A DNA stretch of 26,671 bases from Myxococcales bacterium. Its GTDB lineage: Bacteria; Myxococcota_A; UBA9042. Location of the stretch: contig JBBISH010000089.1 in the NCBI GenBank assembly GCA_037441385.1, positions 1 through 26,671 on the forward strand. Direction: 5' to 3'. Of this stretch, positions 9,558-17,640 are shown in pieces; position 1 is the stretch's first letter; each line of letters begins with the position of its first letter. The notes beneath the pieces are model-generated. The model made no database searches. It was not told the origin of the DNA and saw nothing but the letters and a program-made list of their open reading frames with translations. The translations under genes and the position numbers were made by a program.

Positions 9558-10757
9558 TCACTTTTGCGTGGCCGTGACCATGCCGGGCGGCTCCGCGGCC
9601 ACGATCTGCGCATTCGCCTTGGTGTCGCCCAGCAGGTTTTCGGCAAAGAACGCGGCCACGACCCGCGCTGCGATCTGCCGGGCCGCGTCGTTGTCCAGGT
9701 AAGTAAAGGGCGATTGGTCGGCCATGCGCTTGCCGTCGCCGCACCCCGCGTCAAAGTTGGGGATGATGCCGGCAATGTCCGCGAACGAGAAGTGCCCCGC
9801 ATCGGCCACCTGCACGAGCCAAGCCGGTGGGTTGGCGTCGGCAAAGTTCTTGAGCAAAAAGTTGTTGCCGATCTGCAGGATCGAGTTGTCTTCCTGGGCC
9901 AGCAGGAAGCCCACGGGGACGTGGATGTCGGCCATCTTGACGCCGGGCAGGATCGGCTGCGCCATCGGGACGGCCATGGCGAAACCGCACTTGAAGCGCG
10001 GGTCGTCTTGGATGGCCTTGCCGATGGTCACGCCGCCAAAGCTGTGGCCCAGGGCGGCGACGCGCACCGGATCGAACTTGCCGCGGATCACCTGCGGAAT
10101 AGCGGGGTTCTGTGGGTCGAGCGCTTGGTCGACGACAAAGCGAAGGTCGTCTTCGCGGGTCTGCAAGAAGGGCGTGCCCAGGGTCGCGGACTTGCCGGCC
10201 AAGAAGTCGAACAGCGTGTTGCCGGTGTGGTCCGGTGCCACCACCGCGATACCGTGACTGGCCAACCGCTCGTTCACCGTAGTGTTTTCAAAGCGAAGGC
10301 ACGTGTGGCAGTGCGAAAACGCCACGAGCGGCCAGGCGTTGCCCGCCGGTTCCGCCCCCGGGGCCGAGTGCGTCTGCGGGCGCACGCACTTGGGCGCCTT
10401 GGCCAGTAGCTGGGTCAGCGTGGCGTGTTCGGGCGAGTCCACGGGGTAGAAATCGGCAAGCGAGATGCCCTTTTGAGCCGCACCCTGTGCCGAGGCCGCC
10501 GCTGGGTACCACGCCGTCACGCGCAGGTCGCGGTTGCGCGCCGCGTCGTGCAAGACGAAATCGACGTGGCCCACCGGATGCGGCCCGTCTTTGCTCCAAT
10601 CGCTTGCGGTTTGGGTGTCAGCCGTCCCATCGGCAGCCGCGGCGGCGTCCGACGTTGTCTTGACAGATTCAGCACTTCCACAGGCAGCCAGCGCCAGAAG
10701 CAGCGGAAGAATGGCCAAGCTGTAGCGACCAAGCGACGGCCAAAGGGTGTGCCGCAT
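9558..10757 (-). CDS. Alpha/beta-hydrolase lipoprotein (PAF-acetylhydrolase/dienelactone-hydrolase-like)
   Basis: ATG 10757 with AGGAG RBS, lipobox LALAA-C, PLVAFSH, APDHTGN, nucleophile elbow GHSFGG, AQED and AGHFSF. Confidence 0.88.
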   Translation of the reverse strand: MRHTLWPSLGRYSLAILPLLLALAACGSAESVKTTSDAAAAADGTADTQTASDWSKDGPHPVGHVDFVLHDAARNRDLRVTAWYPAAASAQGAAQKGISLADFYPVDSPEHATLTQLLAKAPKCVRPQTHSAPGAEPAGNAWPLVAFSHCHTCLRFENTTVNERLASHGIAVVAPDHTGNTLFDFLAGKSATLGTPFLQTREDDLRFVVDQALDPQNPAIPQVIRGKFDPVRVAALGHSFGGVTIGKAIQDDPRFKCGFAMAVPMAQPILPGVKMADIHVPVGFLLAQEDNSILQIGNNFLLKNFADANPPAWLVQVADAGHFSFADIAGIIPNFDAGCGDGKRMADQSPFTYLDNDAARQIAARVVAAFFAENLLGDTKANAQIVAAEPPGMVTATQK

Positions 10758-10866
10758 CCTGCTCCTGGCGTGCCGCGAGTGCGGCGTTTGCGGGCTACGG
10801 TGTGGCGCAGTTTGGGTCGCGCCGTCAAGGGCCCGGAGGTTGGCCGGGCAAAACTCCCGATCCGAC

Positions 10867-10894
10867 TTGACACTTGCAGCGAGGTCCCTATCCT
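10867..10894 (+). promoter_or_regulatory. Putative sigma70-type promoter for the DEAD-box helicase gene
   Basis: TTGACA (10867-10872), 16-nt spacer, TATCCT (10889-10894). It lies directly before a structured block starting at ~10901. Confidence 0.55.
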
Positions 10895-10900
10895 GACGGC

Positions 10901-11237
10901 CTCTGGTCGCTGCGCCCAGGCGTTGGGTTCGCGCGCAGCTCCGGGCGCAAGCTCGGCCTCCTCCTACGGATTTGCCGGTCGAAACGACGGTAGGCCCAAC
11001 AGGGACCAGACCTTCAGGTGCTTTGCCCAAGTGGGCCAGTTGCGGCGCCCTCCCCGTGGGACGGACAGCCGAACCGACTCTTGCAAGTAACTGGAATTTC
11101 TGCTCGATCGCCCGCTCCGAGAGGCGGCGGCGAGCACTGCGTGCGTTCGTCCCTGGCAATGGGCCACGGCGAGCGGCGCGGACGGGTGCGCTTCGCGCGG
11201 CGAGGCGGCGCCGATGTGTTGGATAGAGAAGGAATAG
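10901..11237 (+). other. Long structured 5' leader (or small ncRNA plus leader) upstream of the helicase
   Basis: Closing stem TCTGGTC/GACCAGA encloses three hairpins. Further stems at 11036-11043/11087-11094, 11101-11106/11131-11136 and 11189-11196/11200-11207. Confidence 0.5.
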
Positions 11238-12812
11238 ATGACGGATATCATGATGAAGTTTGAGAATTTGCAGCTGGACGCCAAGCTGTTGCGCGCGCTG
11301 CAGACTCTGCACTACGCGACGCCCACGCCGATTCAGCAGCAGGCCATTCCGCCGCTTTTGCAGGGGCGCGACGTGCTGGGCTGCGCCCAGACCGGCACCG
11401 GCAAGACGGCCGCGTTCGCCCTGCCGTTGCTGCAGCACCTGCTTCGCCAAGAGCGGCCTGCCGCGGGTCAGCGGTTGCGGGTGCTGGTGCTCGCACCCAC
11501 GCGCGAGTTGGCGCTGCAGATCGACGAATCCTTTGGCCAATACGGCCAGTTCACGGGGCTGAAGTCGGCGGTAATCTTTGGCGGCGTGGGCCAGGGCCCG
11601 CAGGTCGACGCACTGCGGCGCGGGGTGGATATCTTGGTGGCGACACCGGGGCGGCTGCTGGACCTGCAAGGCCAGGGGCTACTGAACCTGAACGCCGTCC
11701 GCCACTTGGTGCTGGACGAAGCCGATCGCATGCTGGACATGGGCTTTGTGCGCGATGTGCGCAAGATCGTAGCGATGCTGCCCAAGCGCGGTCAAACGCT
11801 GCTGTTTTCGGCGACGATGGCACCCGAGATCCGCGAGCTGGCGAGCGAGTTGCTCAAGACGCCCGTTGAAGTGGCCGTCGCGCCGGCGGCGACCACGGTG
11901 GAGCTCATCGATCAGGCCGTGCTGCATGTGCACAAGGCACAAAAGCGCGCGGTGCTGGAGCGGCTGCTGGCCGATCCGGCCGTTACGCGCTGCGTGGTGT
12001 TCACGCGCACCAAGCACGGGGCCGACAAGGTCGCCCAGGCCCTGGACAAAGTGGGCATCAAGTCCGCCGCCATCCACGGCAACCGGTCGCAAAACCAGCG
12101 CGTGCGGGCTCTGGACGGCTTCAAAAGCGGCGACGTGCGCGTGCTGGTTGCGACCGATATCGCGGCGCGCGGCCTGGACATCGATGGGGTGAGCCACGTG
12201 ATCAACTTCGAGCTGCCGAACGAACCCGACAGCTACGTGCACCGCATCGGCCGCACCGCCCGCAACGGAGCCAGCGGGGTGGCCTGGGCGCTGTGCGATC
12301 CCGAGGAGCGGACGCTGCTGCGCGACATCGAGCGGCGCATCCAAAAGCCGGTGCCCGTCTTGCTGCCGTCGACCTTGGGCATCGAGCTGGCCGACCTGCC
12401 GCAACTGCCCGTTGAGATTCGCGAACCGCCACAGCGACGCCACCCGCAGGCACGCCGCGGCCACGAGCCCAAGCACGGTCACGACGGCCGGCACAGCCAC
12501 GAGCCCAAACACAGCCACGAGCCCAAACACAGCCACGAGCCCAGGAACAGCCACGACGGCAAACCTGGCTCGGCCAAGCCGGCTGCCGGACGCGAAGCGC
12601 CGCGCGACGAGCCTCGCGGCAGGTCCGGAAGGGATACGGGGCGCAGCGGGCCGCCTCGGCAAGACCATGGCCGGCCAGCGGCGCGGACGGACGCGCAGCG
12701 GCATTCGGGGCAACCGCGGAATTCTTCGGGCGTTCCGGCACCGTACGCGCCGCGGGCCACAGCTGCGCCGACCGGGAACCCGACCCAACGTGTCGAGCGC
12801 GACTGGTACTGA
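11238..12812 (+). CDS. rhlE: DEAD-box ATP-dependent RNA helicase, RhlE-like, with a long basic/His-rich disordered C-terminal tail
   Basis: Q motif (YATPTPIQ), AQTGTGKT, PTRELALQ, TPGRLLD, DEAD, SAT, ARGLD and HRIGRTAR. No DbpA-type C-terminal domain is apparent. GAAGGA RBS. The start may be 11238, 11250 or 11253. Confidence 0.9.
   Translation: MTDIMMKFENLQLDAKLLRALQTLHYATPTPIQQQAIPPLLQGRDVLGCAQTGTGKTAAFALPLLQHLLRQERPAAGQRLRVLVLAPTRELALQIDESFGQYGQFTGLKSAVIFGGVGQGPQVDALRRGVDILVATPGRLLDLQGQGLLNLNAVRHLVLDEADRMLDMGFVRDVRKIVAMLPKRGQTLLFSATMAPEIRELASELLKTPVEVAVAPAATTVELIDQAVLHVHKAQKRAVLERLLADPAVTRCVVFTRTKHGADKVAQALDKVGIKSAAIHGNRSQNQRVRALDGFKSGDVRVLVATDIAARGLDIDGVSHVINFELPNEPDSYVHRIGRTARNGASGVAWALCDPEERTLLRDIERRIQKPVPVLLPSTLGIELADLPQLPVEIREPPQRRHPQARRGHEPKHGHDGRHSHEPKHSHEPKHSHEPRNSHDGKPGSAKPAAGREAPRDEPRGRSGRDTGRSGPPRQDHGRPAARTDAQRHSGQPRNSSGVPAPYAPRATAAPTGNPTQRVERDWY
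12459..12566 (+). repeat. Six 18-bp tandem units encoding (G/S)H(EP/DG)(K/R)(H/N/P)
   Basis: AGCCACGAGCCCAAACAC units translate to GHEPKH GHDGRH SHEPKH SHEPKH SHEPRN SHDGKP. Confidence 0.9.
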
Positions 12813-13014
12813 TGCGAACCCCGGTTCGGCCCTACTATCCGTTCCGTCCGAATCGGACCGAAAAACGCGGGCAATTCTCACGGCCCAAATCGGGGTCCCC
12901 GCCTGATTCTCGCCAGTTGCACAAGGGGTCAGAAGAAGCGTATAGGCGTGAATCAGGTGGGGTGCGCATAAGGAATCGCCAGGGTTCTCGAGCCAGTTCA
13001 GACGGGTTCCGTGG
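12813..13014 (+). mobile_element. Palindromic MITE-like repeat, copy E (short form, 66 nt), split by nested copy C
   Basis: Joining 12813-12834 to 12971-13014 gives 66 nt that align without gaps to copy D (24860-24925). Flanked by GA (12811-12812) and GA (13015-13016). Confidence 0.6.
12835..12968 (-). mobile_element. Palindromic MITE-like repeat, copy C (long form, 134 nt)
   Basis: Its reverse complement matches copy A at about 77%. Stem CCCCGCCTGATTC (12897-12909) pairs with GAATCAGGTGGGG (12950-12962). Flanked by TA (12833-12834) and TA (12969-12970). Confidence 0.75.
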
Positions 13015-13115
13015 GATACCCCCAGCTTGACTCGCCGGTCTTGCAGGACGATCCTCTTGCCACCGAGTGCAGTCGCCGTGGCGTGTGGGCATTCGGCTGC
13101 AATTCGCGAGGATTC

Positions 13116-13484
13116 ATGCGAAGTTCTGTCCTGTTGGCCCTGGTCATGCTGGGCAGCGCGGCATGTGGCAGCGCGGCGTGTGGCAGCGGCGCGGCCAACC
13201 CAAGTTCGGGCGGCCCGGACGCCAAGGCGGGCGACAGCGTGGGCGAGACCGTGTCCGACGCTGCGGCAGCCGACGCGACCGGCACCCCGTGCAAGAACGG
13301 CAACGAATGCGGGACCGAGGGCTCGTGCGTGCCCGATAGCACCGGCACGTTGCGCTGCGCCCCGATGCCCGGCGCCGGCCAGAACTGCCTGTTCGAGTGC
13401 CAGACCGGCCTGTACTGCAACAAGGGCGTCACCGCGGCCACCTGCCAGCCGCCGATTTGTGAATACTTCTACAAACTCAAATAG
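13116..13484 (+). CDS. Small Cys-rich lipoprotein
   Basis: ATG 13116 follows GAGGA. Signal MRSSVLLALVMLGSAA-C (lipobox duplicated), Ala/Asp linker, then a 9-Cys domain. The stop is 14 nt before the next gene. Confidence 0.7.
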   Translation: MRSSVLLALVMLGSAACGSAACGSGAANPSSGGPDAKAGDSVGETVSDAAAADATGTPCKNGNECGTEGSCVPDSTGTLRCAPMPGAGQNCLFECQTGLYCNKGVTAATCQPPICEYFYKLK

Positions 13485-13498
13485 TTAAGGAGCGTCCC

Positions 13499-15472
13499 AT
13501 GACGGACGGCCAGTTGGGTACCCTGTTGTTGTGCTCGCTTTTGGCGACGCCCGTGCTGGCCCGGCTGGCCGGCGTGGCGACAGCGCGGGCGATGCGGGTG
13601 GCACCGGGGCGCGCGGCGGTGCAGATGCCCGGCCTGCCGGCACGCGCGGACGCGACGGGCGAACCGGCGACCAAGTTCGAGGCGCGGGTGCAGCACTGCG
13701 AGGCGTTGGTCTTGCGCGCCCTGGCGACCACCCCCGGGCCGTACGAAGAGAGCGCGCTGGCTGCGCAGCTGGCCCAAGATCCCGAGGTGGTGGGCGAGGT
13801 TCTGGCCCGTCTGCGCCAGCGGGTGCCGTGCCGGCTGCAGGTGACGCGGACGGGTCAGCTGCTGCACCACTTCCAAGCCGCTGATGTGGCGACGCTGCGG
13901 CGGGCGCGGGTGCTGGGTTGGCCCCGGCGGCTGGTGTGGTGGATCTTTGCCTTGCTAGCGAACCTGGGCGCGACCTGGCTGGTTTTCGTGGGTATTTTTG
14001 CCGGCCTAGAGACCCTGCGCGAAGTGTGGAAAGCGGCCGAGGACGACCGCTTGGTCACCGCGGCAGAGGGGTTGGGAGCGATGCTGCTGGTCATTGGCCT
14101 GGGTGTGCTCGCCGGCTACGTGGTCGAACTGCTGGTGGCGCCTTGGCAATCGGGGCCCAAGCTGGCGCGGCCCTTGCGCGAAGAGCCCAAAGACGCCGAC
14201 CAAGGCGAGTTGGACGAGGGTGCGGCAACCGATGCCGAAGCCGAGCGACCGGTCAGCAAGCGCGGCGGCCAGGGGTCAAGCAGCTCGAAATCGTCTAAAA
14301 GTTCGGGGTTTGGCTGGCTGGATGGCCTCAGCTTGGACGCCGACCTTGGCGAAGGGTGCGGCGGCGTCCTGCTCATCCTGGTCATCGCCGCGATCCTGGC
14401 GCTAGTGGCCGGCGGCCTGTGGCTGGTGGTGGTGTGGGCGCGGGCGCTGTGGCGGGCGGTCGCGCGGCTCGGCGAACCGGAACGCGACATTGCCCCGGCG
14501 CGCTGGGTGGCCGTGGCGCGCAAGTCGCCGATGATCGAGAAGTTCGTGCCCACCAACGATCTGGCGATGCGGATCATCCGGGCCCTGCGGCGGACGCTGG
14601 CGGGCGTGTATGCCGACGAAGCCCTGCCCAGCCGCATCTTGCAGTTGGCTAAGGGACGTGGGGGGCGCGTGGCCGTTGTGGACCTAATGCTGAGCGAAGG
14701 CTTGAGCGCCGATGCAGCCCTGAGCGCGGGCGCCCACTTGTCGGGTCGGCTTGGCGGCGAGTTGCAGGTCAGCGAGGCGGGCGATATTGATTTTCATTTC
14801 CCCGAATCGGCCTTGCGCGGGCAGGCGCCACGGCGGCAATTCCGGCCTGGTTACGAATACCTTCAGCTTGCTGGCGGCAATCCGCTCCAAAGCCTGCCCG
14901 TGAATCTGCCCGGCCTGACCTTGGACCATGTGGTGGGCGCGGCGCGCTTGGCTGGTGGCCCCTTCGCCATGGTCGCCGGGCTGTACGTGGCCACGCAAAT
15001 CGCCGACAAGACTACACGTTTGAGCGCCATGGAGACGGATCTGGCAGCCGTGTTCTGCGTGCTGGCGCCGGCGACGATGATGCTGGCGGCGGCGACGCGC
15101 TATGCGGTGGCCGAGTCGGCGCGGACCGGGCTGCTGCGCGATGCCCGGCGCGCGGCGATGGCGGCGGTGCAGCAAGCGCTAACGGGCAAGGCCGAGTGGC
15201 TCGACGCGGCGCGGGTGGCGGCCGAGACGCACGCGCGCATGGCGCTTGCCGATCCAGGCCTGGCGTTGGCCGACGTGGAGCGCGAGGTCCAGATCGCCAT
15301 GGATGACCTGGGCATGGCTCTGCATGCCGATCCGCACGCGGCCCAAAGCGGGCGACTGCCGCTCAAATTGACGCCGCTGCGGGCGCGGTTGCAGTCGCTG
15401 CAAGCCCTGCGCGATGCCGAGCCGAGCCACGCGACCGAGGCGGATCCGATCGTGTTCGACACGGCGACCTAG
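13499..15472 (+). CDS. Multi-pass membrane protein of unknown function with two repeated helix-then-(L/E)QVxxxGxxxxHF modules
   Basis: 657-aa ORF with AAGGAG RBS and several TM segments. Repeated motif RLQVTRTGQLLHHF / ELQVSEAGDIDFHFP. Confidence 0.75.
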   Translation: MTDGQLGTLLLCSLLATPVLARLAGVATARAMRVAPGRAAVQMPGLPARADATGEPATKFEARVQHCEALVLRALATTPGPYEESALAAQLAQDPEVVGEVLARLRQRVPCRLQVTRTGQLLHHFQAADVATLRRARVLGWPRRLVWWIFALLANLGATWLVFVGIFAGLETLREVWKAAEDDRLVTAAEGLGAMLLVIGLGVLAGYVVELLVAPWQSGPKLARPLREEPKDADQGELDEGAATDAEAERPVSKRGGQGSSSSKSSKSSGFGWLDGLSLDADLGEGCGGVLLILVIAAILALVAGGLWLVVVWARALWRAVARLGEPERDIAPARWVAVARKSPMIEKFVPTNDLAMRIIRALRRTLAGVYADEALPSRILQLAKGRGGRVAVVDLMLSEGLSADAALSAGAHLSGRLGGELQVSEAGDIDFHFPESALRGQAPRRQFRPGYEYLQLAGGNPLQSLPVNLPGLTLDHVVGAARLAGGPFAMVAGLYVATQIADKTTRLSAMETDLAAVFCVLAPATMMLAAATRYAVAESARTGLLRDARRAAMAAVQQALTGKAEWLDAARVAAETHARMALADPGLALADVEREVQIAMDDLGMALHADPHAAQSGRLPLKLTPLRARLQSLQALRDAEPSHATEADPIVFDTAT

Positions 15473-15628
15473 CGACGGAACCGCCGTAGTTGTCGGCAGC
15501 CACACCGGCAAGCTGGACATGGACGGACCGCCCACCTAGCTTGTCGTCCGCCGCGACGTGGGCGGGCGCACACCATCCTGGCGCGACCGCAGCGGCTGAA
15601 TTGCCCAACCCAACGACACGAGGACACG

Positions 15629-16231
15629 ATGGCGATCTCTTTGACCTACTTTGACTTTGACGGTTCGCGCGGCCTGGAGTGCCGCCTGGCGCTGACGGTG
15701 GCCGGCGTGCCGTTCGAGGACGTGCGGCTGTCGCGCGAGCAGTGGCTGGCGCTCAAGCCCAACACGCCGTTTGGCGCGCTGCCGATCCTGGCCGACGGCG
15801 ACCGCCAATTGGCCCAAAGCAACGCGATCTTGGGCTACATCGGCCGCAGCTATGGTCTGCTGCCCAGCGACGCATGGGACGCCGCCCAGCACGAGTCGAT
15901 CCTTTTGTCGGTAGAGGACTTGCGCGCCAAGCTGCCCGACGGCAAGGGCCAGACCGAAGACGAGAAGAAGGCCGCGCGCGAGGCGTTCGCCGCGGGCTGG
16001 CTGAGCCAGTGGGCCACGACGATTTCGTCCAAGATTGCCGGACCTTTCTTGTTCGGTAGCCAGCTGACGGTCGCCGACCTCAAGCTGTACGTGATCCTGC
16101 GCTCGTATCTGGCCGGGACCTACGACCACATCCCGGCGAGCACGCTCGATAAGTTCCCCAAGCTGCTGGCTTTGCACGCGGCCGTGGCGGCCTATCCGGC
16201 GGTGGCGGCGTACTTCGCGGCGCGGAAGTAG
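15629..16231 (+). CDS. Glutathione S-transferase, Tyr-type (sigma-class-like)
   Basis: LTYFDFDGSRG...RLAL...GVPFEDVR, TPFGALP, QSNAILGYIGR and N-cap motif LTVADL. GAGGA RBS. Confidence 0.92.
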   Translation: MAISLTYFDFDGSRGLECRLALTVAGVPFEDVRLSREQWLALKPNTPFGALPILADGDRQLAQSNAILGYIGRSYGLLPSDAWDAAQHESILLSVEDLRAKLPDGKGQTEDEKKAAREAFAAGWLSQWATTISSKIAGPFLFGSQLTVADLKLYVILRSYLAGTYDHIPASTLDKFPKLLALHAAVAAYPAVAAYFAARK

Positions 16232-16403
16232 GGGCTCGGGTTCCGGCTCCGGCTCCGGCTCCGAAAAAGATGTCAAGTGTCAATACCTGACACCCCTTGC
16301 TGAGCTGGCGCCGCAGGCGGCGGGGTGAGGGCTAAGTGCCGCGGTTCGCACAGGTTTCCAATACGCTTAGGGTGCTAGTAGCTATCCGGCAAGGCAGGTC
16401 GGG

Positions 16404-17408
16404 CTAGCCGTTGGCCAGGTGCTGCAGCGCGGCGCTCAAGCCCTTGTGAATCTTGGCAACTTCGTCGGGCTGCCAATCGGCCCGCGCCTTACGGACAAAG
16501 GTGGTCAGGTCCTCGCGGTTGTCAAAGCGCGACACCGGCAGGTGGTAGACGCGGGTATCGAAGACGCGCTGGCCCTTTTGGTCCACGGCCTCGACCACCT
16601 TCTCGATTTGGATGGTACCGGGCTTGCTGGCCTGGCCCAGCAGGTACTCCATGTCGTCGCAGCCGTACTGGCCCAGCATGACCTCCAGCGGCACGCCGTG
16701 GTTCAGGATCGAGCTCTGGCCATCGGGCCGGGCGCGCTCGTAGTTCTTCTTGCGGCTCTGCTCGGGCGTCACCCACACGTACAACACGCCGGCATTCTTC
16801 AGGATGTCGTTCGACAGCATGGTGATGGTGTACTGATAGCCCTGCGGCGGGGTCAGCGGGAAGGCCGAGCCGTGGCCGCCGCCGCGCGCCATCTCGATGA
16901 TCACGGTCTTGCCGGTCTTGTCCTGAGCGCTCACCGCGTTCTTTTCGTCTAGCTGGGCGCGGGTTTCGGCCTCCATTGCTGCCGCGACGTCGCGGCGCAT
17001 CCAGTAGGGGATGCGGTCCAGGGCGCGGCGCTGGCCGACCTTGGCGCGGGCGAGGTCCAAGCGGTCGAACAGGAATTGCGCGGCCGACTCGACCTTGTGC
17101 ACGCGGTGATTCAGCAGGTCGTCGTAGTCCTCGTTGATCAGCGCGACCAACGCGCCCCAGGTCAGCCCGTCGATGAAGGGCCGCTCGGGGCCAAAGTAGA
17201 AGATCGGCTCGCCGCCGCGCGCCACCAACTCGTCGTCGATGCGGTGCATGAAGTGCACGTAGGGATAGTCGTCGAGCTGCAAGGTCGGGCCCATGCACAT
17301 GTCGGCGCGGCACTGCTCGGGGGTCAGATGCTCCATGTAGCGGCGCACTTCCGACTTGCCGGACGCCGGCAGGGCCAGCAGCAGCACGGTATCAAGAATC
17401 TTGGACAT
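16404..17408 (-). CDS. P-loop NTPase / NMP-kinase-like protein of unknown function
   Basis: VLLLALPASGKS Walker-A-like loop at the N-terminus, VIIEMARG and LYVWVTPEQSRKKN. AAGGAG RBS and strongly GC3-biased codons. Confidence 0.8.
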   Translation of the reverse strand: MSKILDTVLLLALPASGKSEVRRYMEHLTPEQCRADMCMGPTLQLDDYPYVHFMHRIDDELVARGGEPIFYFGPERPFIDGLTWGALVALINEDYDDLLNHRVHKVESAAQFLFDRLDLARAKVGQRRALDRIPYWMRRDVAAAMEAETRAQLDEKNAVSAQDKTGKTVIIEMARGGGHGSAFPLTPPQGYQYTITMLSNDILKNAGVLYVWVTPEQSRKKNYERARPDGQSSILNHGVPLEVMLGQYGCDDMEYLLGQASKPGTIQIEKVVEAVDQKGQRVFDTRVYHLPVSRFDNREDLTTFVRKARADWQPDEVAKIHKGLSAALQHLANG

Positions 17409-17640
17409 GGCGGTCTCCTTTGGACTCGGCAGTGGAATTCAGGCGTTGAGTGGCGCGCGGATGATCCGGGTACGCGCTGGCGAGGCTACGCTGCCGCCCG
17501 ATGGGCGTCAACGCAGCGGCGCGCCCGATTGTCATTGGAGTACAACAGGATGGCTGCGCGCTTAGGTGCCTACGGGCACTGGGCTTTGGCGGCTGTGCCG
17601 GCTTGCACTACCATGCAAAAAGTCGAACGGAGGACTTGCC

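Noticed and set aside
10902..11010. tRNA, tRNA-Sec or SRP RNA (cloverleaf-like fold with a 7-bp closing stem)
   Set aside because: The arm sizes are wrong, there is no T-loop in the 3' arm and no anticodon loop or CCA, and the SRP GGAA/AGCAG motif is absent.
10758..11669. 703-aa ORF as one long hydrolase fusion
   Set aside because: The upstream part is the antisense shadow of the helicase and its leader. The real start at 10757 has an RBS and a lipoprotein signal.
12812..13092. Short ORFs 12812..13030 (+) and 12835..13092 (-)
   Set aside because: They are made largely of repeat copies C and E. Their similarity to the 4790-4924 peptide comes from DNA homology, and a 1-nt indel in C breaks the frame.
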